From Nitrospiraceae bacterium (GTDB lineage: Bacteria; Nitrospirota; Nitrospiria; Nitrospirales; Nitrospiraceae), in assembly GCA_041563675.1 (NCBI GenBank), contig JBFGRM010000001.1:1-38844 (forward strand): a DNA stretch of 38,844 bases. Reading direction: 5' to 3'. This document shows, one piece after another, positions 33,654 to 38,844 of this stretch (position 1 is the first letter of the stretch; each line of letters opens with the position of its first letter). The notes under the pieces are model-generated. The model searched no databases, had not been told where the DNA came from, and saw nothing but the letters and a program-made list of their open reading frames with translations. The position numbers and the translations under genes are program-made.

Positions 33654-35528
33654 TCAGATCGAGTATTGGAACACCGGCTGGTCGCCGATCGCCGTCGCCA
33701 GGATGCCGCTGCGCTTGAGCTGCTCGATGACCTGCCGCGCCGCCTCGTCGAAGTCCTCCGGCCCCGCGAAGGCGAGATCGGCGTCCGGCGGAGCCGCCTC
33801 CTGACCTTTGCTCATGTGAACCGACACCACCGGGGCCGGGTAGACGAGCGTGCGAATGATCTGCTCCGCCTCCTGGTGATCGTGGCCGAACGGGTTGGTC
33901 GTCGAGATGACGATCATCCCGGTGTCAATGAGCAGTCGCGCCACCTCTCCACAGCGCCGGGCCGCCTCCGTCGACTCCGCGCTCGCATCCGCCCCCAGGT
34001 CCGCGTCCAGCCCGTGCTTCAGGTTCTCACCGTCCAGCAAGTAGGCATGGCGTCCTTCGGCCACGAGGAGGGACTCCAGCTTTCGCGCCAGAAAGGCCTT
34101 GCCGGTGTTCGCCGCCCCCGTGAAGAGCACGATGGCGGCGCGATGCCCGTAGTGGCGGGCGCGGTCTTCAGGCCGAACCTCCCCCTTGACCCATGCGAAA
34201 TCACGCTCGCGCGCCTCGTTCCGCAAGACTTCCTGTTCGTCGTGGACCAGCGCCGTGATGATGCCGCCACCGGAAATGTCGTATTCGTCCACCAGGACGA
34301 AGCGTCCGCTGTGCTCGAAGGATGTGGAAAGGTCGAACGCGATCGGGGATCTCGTGCGGATGGTGACCTCCGCCACCTCGTTGCGTTGCACGTCCCGTCT
34401 GGCCCGCTCTTCACCCAGGTTGGCCGCCGACACGATGCGATGGACGGCAGCGATCTCGCAGGCGACTTCGCGGGTTGCCAGGCGCAGGACGTAGCGTCGG
34501 CTGCCCTGTAACGGCCGCCTTCCGAGCCAGAAGACGTTGGCCTTCAACGCCGTCGACACGAGGGGGAGCGCGGCCTCATGCGAGGCGATCTCACCGCGCT
34601 CGACGAAGATCTGCTCGTCCAGCGTGACGCCGATCGACTCCCCCGCCTGCACCTCCACGGGAGGCGGCTCGATGTTGAAGGCCTCGATGCTCTTGACCAT
34701 GGCTGTCTTGTTGGAGGGCGAGAACACGAGCCGGTCGCCCACCCGCAAGCGCCCGGCGGCGATGCGGCCGGCGAGAATCCGTCGGGCGTCGAATTTGTAG
34801 ACGTCCTGCACCGGAAATCGGAGAGGCTTGTCGGCCCTGGCCGTCTCTTTCTTGAAGAGGCCTAGGCTGTCCAGCACCGTCGGCCCGCTGTACCAGGGCA
34901 TCCGCTCGCTGGGCGAGGCGATGTTGTCCCCCATCTTCGCGCTCGCGGGCAGGACGCGGTCGGGGACGACATTCAAAGACGACAGGTATTCACGGTACTC
35001 CTTCTCAATACCGTCGAAGACATCCTGCCGGTACCCCACCAGATCCATCTTGTTGACCACGACCGCCACCTGCTTGACGCCCAGAAGGGAAAGCAACAGA
35101 CCATGCCGTCTCGATTGATCCCGGACGCCTTCGAGCGCATCGATCACCAGGACCGCGGCCTCGGCTCTGGCCGCCCCCGAGACCATGTTCTTGAGGAACT
35201 CCTTGTGGCCCGGCGCATCGATGATGATGTACTGGCGTCCCCGCCATCCGAAGAACGTCCGCGCCGTATCGATCGTGATGCCTTGCTCTTGCTCTTCCAG
35301 GAAGGCGTCGAAGAGGAACGCGTATTCGAACTCCTTCCCCTGCTGCTGGCAGATCGCACGGACCTTGTCCAGCTTGCCGACCGGCAGGGAGTCCGTGTCG
35401 GCATACAGGCGTCCCAGCAGGGTCGACTTGCCGTGATCGACGTGCCCGACGATCACGATGTTCATATGCTCCGCCGCTTTTTCCTGAAGTACAGGCGTGG
35501 TTTCCGTGGTCACCGTCATCCTCTTCAC
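33654..35528 (-). CDS. cysN: Sulfate adenylyltransferase subunit 1 (CysN GTPase) fused to an APS-kinase-like C-terminal domain
   Basis: The GTPase motifs are [15 protein letters not shown] and NKMD. The C-terminal ~180 aa align to CysC but carry altered motifs: [21 protein letters not shown] and ISTTNPF. Confidence 0.9.
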   Translation of the reverse strand: MKRMTVTTETTPVLQEKAAEHMNIVIVGHVDHGKSTLLGRLYADTDSLPVGKLDKVRAICQQQGKEFEYAFLFDAFLEEQEQGITIDTARTFFGWRGRQYIIIDAPGHKEFLKNMVSGAARAEAAVLVIDALEGVRDQSRRHGLLLSLLGVKQVAVVVNKMDLVGYRQDVFDGIEKEYREYLSSLNVVPDRVLPASAKMGDNIASPSERMPWYSGPTVLDSLGLFKKETARADKPLRFPVQDVYKFDARRILAGRIAAGRLRVGDRLVFSPSNKTAMVKSIEAFNIEPPPVEVQAGESIGVTLDEQIFVERGEIASHEAALPLVSTALKANVFWLGRRPLQGSRRYVLRLATREVACEIAAVHRIVSAANLGEERARRDVQRNEVAEVTIRTRSPIAFDLSTSFEHSGRFVLVDEYDISGGGIITALVHDEQEVLRNEARERDFAWVKGEVRPEDRARHYGHRAAIVLFTGAANTGKAFLARKLESLLVAEGRHAYLLDGENLKHGLDADLGADASAESTEAARRCGEVARLLIDTGMIVISTTNPFGHDHQEAEQIIRTLVYPAPVVSVHMSKGQEAAPPDADLAFAGPEDFDEAARQVIEQLKRSGILATAIGDQPVFQYSI

Positions 35529-35589
35529 TTCCTTCCCAATTTCAGCTGCGTCTTTTTTTTACTTTTAAATTTTCCCTTTTTACTTGCTG

Positions 35590-36387
35590 CTACATGTAGC
35601 CATCTTTACGCAGCAACTCCATCCCCCGGCCCTCATCCTGGGCGCGCCCGGACCGCTCCGCCACGTTGGTCTTCCTCAGCTCCTCGATAATGTCGTCCAC
35701 GGTCCTGGCTGTGGATCGGATCGGGAACGTGCAGGGGGCGCATCCCAGGCTTCGGTATCGCGTGCCCTCGCCCTTATCCAGGTAGAGGTCGATGAAGGGA
35801 ATGCTTTCCAGTTTGATGTATTCCCAAATGTTGATCTCCGTCCAATCCAGCAACGGATGGATGCGAATGTGCGTCCCGGGTGGAAAGAACGTCTTGTACT
35901 GGTCCCAGAGCTCGGGCGGCTGATCCCGGAAATCCCAATCGCTGTTCTTGTCGCGGGGTGAAAAATACCGTTCCTTCGCCCGCGTGCCCTCCTCGTCAGC
36001 GCGCACGCCCAGAATCAGTCCCGTATAGTGCTTGTCCCTGAGCACCTGCTTGAGCCCGTCCGTCTTGAGCGCGTTGCAGCAGGTAACGCGCCCGAGGGTG
36101 TGATTCATCCCGCCGGCCAGGGCTTCCGTGTTCTTCCCGATCACCAGGTTGAGCCGCCATTCGCGCGCAAGTCGGTCGCGATACTCGATCATCGCCGGAA
36201 TCTTGTAGGTGGTGTCGATATGGATGAGCGGAAAGGGCACGTGGCCGAAGAACGCCTTCCGCGCGAGCCAGAGCAACACCGTCGAGTCTTTCCCCATGGA
36301 CCAGAGCATCGCGAGGTTGCTGAAATGTTTGTAGGCCTCACGAAGAATGTAGACGCTTTGACTTTCGAGTTGCCGAAGATGGTTCAT
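35590..36387 (-). CDS. cysD: Sulfate adenylyltransferase subunit 2
   Basis: Motifs are [31 protein letters not shown] (PP-loop), IDTTYK and YRSLGC.PCT. Confidence 0.93.
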   Translation of the reverse strand: MNHLRQLESQSVYILREAYKHFSNLAMLWSMGKDSTVLLWLARKAFFGHVPFPLIHIDTTYKIPAMIEYRDRLAREWRLNLVIGKNTEALAGGMNHTLGRVTCCNALKTDGLKQVLRDKHYTGLILGVRADEEGTRAKERYFSPRDKNSDWDFRDQPPELWDQYKTFFPPGTHIRIHPLLDWTEINIWEYIKLESIPFIDLYLDKGEGTRYRSLGCAPCTFPIRSTARTVDDIIEELRKTNVAERSGRAQDEGRGMELLRKDGYM

Positions 36388-37511
36388 CGGGCCAATGCCT
36401 CCGTCGACGTGGGATTCTGCGTGACCGGCAAGCCGCCCGGCGCCTCGCCCAGTCGGGCCGCCGCCGCGCCACCGGAACTCCGGGCGCAGCGGCCCGTCTG
36501 AAGGGTCCCGAGCTTGCGTGCCGCGGCCCCGGATTCAAGCGCATGCCGGACAATGGGAAGCGCGGCTCGAAGGGAGGCGGCTTTCCCGGACGCATAGAGG
36601 AGGTGAGCGGCGTTCAGCAGGACCCAGTCGCGCTGACCACCTCGCACCTCGTTGGTGAGCAACCGCCGGAGCAACTCCGCTTCCTTGTCCGCGGACCCGG
36701 ACGCCGGCCTGGCCATGACGCGTTCCTCCGCCGCCTCCAGTCCCACATCGCGTGGGTGAAGAGAGAACGGGGTCATGCGCTCCCCGCGCAGCTCGAGCGC
36801 CTTGGTGCCGGAGGAGATGGAGAGCTCTGACGTGCCCTCGACGCCTCGGACGATGAGGGCATGCTCCGCACGCAGCATCGTGAGGGCCTCACCGGTCTTT
36901 TCGAACTGGGCAGCCTGGGCGACGCCGATGACCTGGGCGCGCGCCCGCGCAGGATTCAGCAGGGTGGCCACCACGTGAAACACATTGCGCAAGCCGAACT
37001 CTCGGCGCAGATCGAGGAAGCGAGCCACGGGCGGGTGGTAGAGGGCGATGTCCAGGTACGCAAAGCCGAGTGAGGCGACGGCCGTAGCCGCGGCTGCGGC
37101 ATCCCCATCCACCGGGAGGCCCAACTCCCCCAGGAGCGAGCCCGGCCCGGTCCCACCGTCCGCGGCGTCATGACCGTGCATGAGGATCGTCGCGCCAGCC
37201 GAGGCCGCTGTGATGGCGGCGGCGATCGAGGCGTGAAAGGTCTCGCGTTTTTCCCCGTACCACGGAAGGTCGACGAGGGGAAGGTCGCGGGGCACGGCCA
37301 CGCGCGGGACATACTCTCGGGTCGTCGCTGTGAAGGCGGCCAGCTCCGCCACGGACTCGATCTTCACGCGCAGTCCCAGCAGCAACGCGCCCACCTGGGC
37401 GGGCGTGGCCTGCTGCTCGATCAGCATGCGCGCGGCCTGCTTCGCCTCCTCCCAGGTGAGGTCCTTGCTCGCCTTCTGTCCCTTACCGATTTTCGCGATC
37501 AGCTCGTGCAT
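36384..37511 (-). CDS. Anthranilate phosphoribosyltransferase-like protein (glycosyltransferase family 3 fold) lacking the PRPP-binding motifs
   Basis: The N-terminal helical bundle is [36 protein letters not shown]. The core aligns to TrpD, but GTGGD becomes PWYGE, KHGN becomes MHGH and G.DE becomes GTSE. The ATG shares nt 37511 with the upstream stop (TGATG), and the stop overlaps the cysD ATG (ATGA). Confidence 0.75.
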   Translation of the reverse strand: MHELIAKIGKGQKASKDLTWEEAKQAARMLIEQQATPAQVGALLLGLRVKIESVAELAAFTATTREYVPRVAVPRDLPLVDLPWYGEKRETFHASIAAAITAASAGATILMHGHDAADGGTGPGSLLGELGLPVDGDAAAAATAVASLGFAYLDIALYHPPVARFLDLRREFGLRNVFHVVATLLNPARARAQVIGVAQAAQFEKTGEALTMLRAEHALIVRGVEGTSELSISSGTKALELRGERMTPFSLHPRDVGLEAAEERVMARPASGSADKEAELLRRLLTNEVRGGQRDWVLLNAAHLLYASGKAASLRAALPIVRHALESGAAARKLGTLQTGRCARSSGGAAAARLGEAPGGLPVTQNPTSTEALAR

Positions 37512-38005
37512 CAAAATGTCATCACCTGGTCCGCCGTCATGACTTCCTCTTTCCAGAAGGCCTCGGCCGCCTGCACCTCGTCCAACTCCGGGATCAGCTT
37601 GTCGATCGTCATCTCGAACAGCCCCAGGGAGCGTTGGCAGACGGAGAACTTGGCATCCCCGCGTTCCTTGATCTCACGCAGCAGGGCCGGCAGATCATCC
37701 CGTTTCTCTTCCTGCAGCATGTCGCGGATTTTCGACTCTCGCCCCTTGAACGCCTCCGAGAGAACGATGTCCCGCACCTTGTCCACGCTCAACCGTGCGA
37801 CGGCTTCGTCCCTGAACAACATGCTGACTTGGACGCCCGATTCCGCCGCGATGCGGGCAAACTCACAGGCCTGCAGGAGGTTGTTGTAGGCCCCCCGCGT
37901 CAAAATGATCGCCACCTTCTTCACGTCCTTTACCTCTTGCTCCGGCTGCGTAGGGCGCGATTCCTTTGCACGAGGCCCCGAGCCTTTCTTGAGGATGATC
38001 TTCAT
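37511..38005 (-). CDS. DsrE/DsrF-like family protein (COG2210-type, 'peroxiredoxin family' sulfur-carrier-like)
   Basis: Motifs are KKVAIILTRGAYNNLLQACEFARIAAESGVQVSMLF and the C-terminal AKFSVCQRSLGLF. ATG 38005 overlaps the cysH stop (ATGA at 38002-38005). The ORF-track extension to 38098 would overlap cysH by 97 nt. Confidence 0.6.
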   Translation of the reverse strand: MKIILKKGSGPRAKESRPTQPEQEVKDVKKVAIILTRGAYNNLLQACEFARIAAESGVQVSMLFRDEAVARLSVDKVRDIVLSEAFKGRESKIRDMLQEEKRDDLPALLREIKERGDAKFSVCQRSLGLFEMTIDKLIPELDEVQAAEAFWKEEVMTADQVMTF

Positions 38006-38712
38006 TGATGAAGCCCGCACTCGGTCTTGGGCCGGTTTTGCCAGCGGCCCGAACGGGAATCCTCTCCGGGCTCCACCGGCGCCGTGCAATGGGTGCACCC
38101 GATGCTCGGGTAGTTCCGATCGTGCAGCGGGTTGTACGGGACCTCATGGACCTGGATGTAGGCCCAGACGTCCGCGGCCGTCCACTTCGCCAAGGGGTTG
38201 ACCTTCACCAAGCCGAATTTGTGATCCCATTCGACCAGTCCCGCCTGTGCGCGCGAGGGAGCCTGGTCCCGACGAATGCCCGTGATCCACGCGTCGTAGC
38301 CACGTAGGACCCGGGACAGGGGCTCGACCTTGCGCAGGGCGCAGCAGCGGTCGGGATCACGCATCCACAAGGCCTCACCGTGCTCCCGTGCCTGCCGTTC
38401 CGGCGTCAGAAGCGACTTGACCTGCAGCACCTGCTCGGGGCGAAGGCCGTACCGTTCAATGACCCGGTCCCGTGTCGCGAGTGTCTCCGGGAACAGAAAA
38501 TCCGTGTCGAGGTAGAAGAGCGGGGTGTCCGGCTTGAGGCGGTGAATCATGTCGACCAGGACCACGTCCTCTGCCCCGAAGCTGCACGCCAGGATCACCC
38601 GCGGAGTAAAGCGCTCCAGCGCATCGGCCAGGACATCCTGTGGCTGCCGTGCTTCGAAGGAATCGCTGAGCGCCTTCAGGTCAGCTTCCGTTGGTCTCAC
38701 ATTCGTCGACAC
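38002..38712 (-). CDS. cysH: Adenylylsulfate (APS) / PAPS reductase, thioredoxin-dependent; the Fe-S-cluster subtype, which points to APS as substrate
   Basis: The PP-loop-like motif is ACSFGAEDVVL. The paired Cys motifs CC (DRCCALRK) plus CxxC (SIGCTHC) are characteristic of [4Fe-4S] APS reductases. The C-terminal catalytic motif is ECGLH. Start is GTG 38712, with GGAGA upstream. Confidence 0.9.
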   Translation of the reverse strand: MSTNVRPTEADLKALSDSFEARQPQDVLADALERFTPRVILACSFGAEDVVLVDMIHRLKPDTPLFYLDTDFLFPETLATRDRVIERYGLRPEQVLQVKSLLTPERQAREHGEALWMRDPDRCCALRKVEPLSRVLRGYDAWITGIRRDQAPSRAQAGLVEWDHKFGLVKVNPLAKWTAADVWAYIQVHEVPYNPLHDRNYPSIGCTHCTAPVEPGEDSRSGRWQNRPKTECGLHQ

Positions 38713-38750
38713 GTTGGTGACGTTCTCCGCCGCATGGTGTGTTGAGTGAT

Positions 38751-38844
38751 CTACCCCTCGACCTTCTCGACGAGGACCTTGTAGTGCTCGGCGCTCGGTT
38801 CGAGCGGTTCTTGCAGAAGGACCTTGTGTCCGTCGTTCTGCAAG
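38751..38844 (-). CDS. 3' end of an unidentified CDS (31 codons, stop TAG at 38751-38753) immediately upstream of cysH
   Basis: The minus strand translates as ...LQNDGHKVLLQEPLEPSAEHYKVLVEKVEG*. It lies 38 nt from the cysH start, so it is probably co-transcribed. A sulfite reductase would fit the context, but nothing in the 31 residues proves it. Confidence 0.4.
   Translation of the reverse strand, partial: LQNDGHKVLLQEPLEPSAEHYKVLVEKVEG

Noticed and set aside
38005-38098. N-terminal extension of the DsrE-like ORF (MHPLHGAGGARRGFPFG...), overlapping cysH by 97 nt
   Set aside because: The internal ATG 38005 makes a classic ATGA overlap with the cysH stop. The extension is low-complexity and would be read in an alternative frame of the conserved cysH C-terminus (ECGLH).
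1-38844. A scan for rRNA genes, CRISPR arrays, IS elements, transposases, integrases, and restriction or other known defence genes
   Set aside because: None of the translated ORFs shows DDE transposase, tyrosine or serine recombinase, Cas, or restriction-modification signatures. No regularly spaced repeats were seen.

Overview
This is a G+C-rich, densely coding bacterial chromosomal segment. I see no rRNA genes, CRISPR array, transposase or integrase. The phylum cannot be assigned from sequence alone. The gene content (RRM protein, PCP_red-domain proteins, FG-GAP lipoprotein, and the pheA-to-ihfB gene order) would fit a Nitrospirota- or Deltaproteobacteria-like organism.

Layout, left to right:
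- 1-1.7 kb: a poorly coding stretch holding one hypothetical gene next to tRNA-Arg(TCG).
- 1.9-5.6 kb, minus strand: an RRM RNA-binding protein, aroK-aroE, an SDR oxidoreductase and trmI.
- 5.7-12.9 kb, plus strand: an NfeD protease/stomatin pair, an RpoD-like sigma factor, an HtrA-type protease, lipB and gdh.
- 12.9-17.3 kb: an accessory-looking patch of small unassignable genes. It holds two tandem membrane paralogs, a secreted 175-aa protein behind a near-consensus promoter, a 62-aa zinc-ribbon protein, an FG-GAP propeller lipoprotein and others.
- 17.5-28.6 kb, minus strand: a tightly packed 12-gene array, pheA-hisC-aroF-tyrA-aroA-cmk-plsC-rpsA-sppA-ihfB plus a terminal 4x PCP_red-repeat protein.
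- 28.7-31.5 kb, minus strand: yebC-ruvA-(small secreted Cys-rich gene)-ruvB.
- 31.7-38.8 kb, minus strand: an assimilatory sulfate-reduction operon.

The most interesting region is the sulfate operon: cysH (Fe-S APS-reductase type), cysD, and cysN fused to a degenerate APS-kinase-like domain. Interleaved with these, with start/stop overlaps, are four genes that do not belong to the textbook pathway:
- a DsrE-like protein
- an anthranilate-phosphoribosyltransferase-like protein that has lost the PRPP-binding motifs
- an Mrp/NBP35 Fe-S carrier ATPase
- a zinc-ribbon protein with two PCP_red domains

All functional calls come from motif recognition by eye on the supplied translations. No database search was run.
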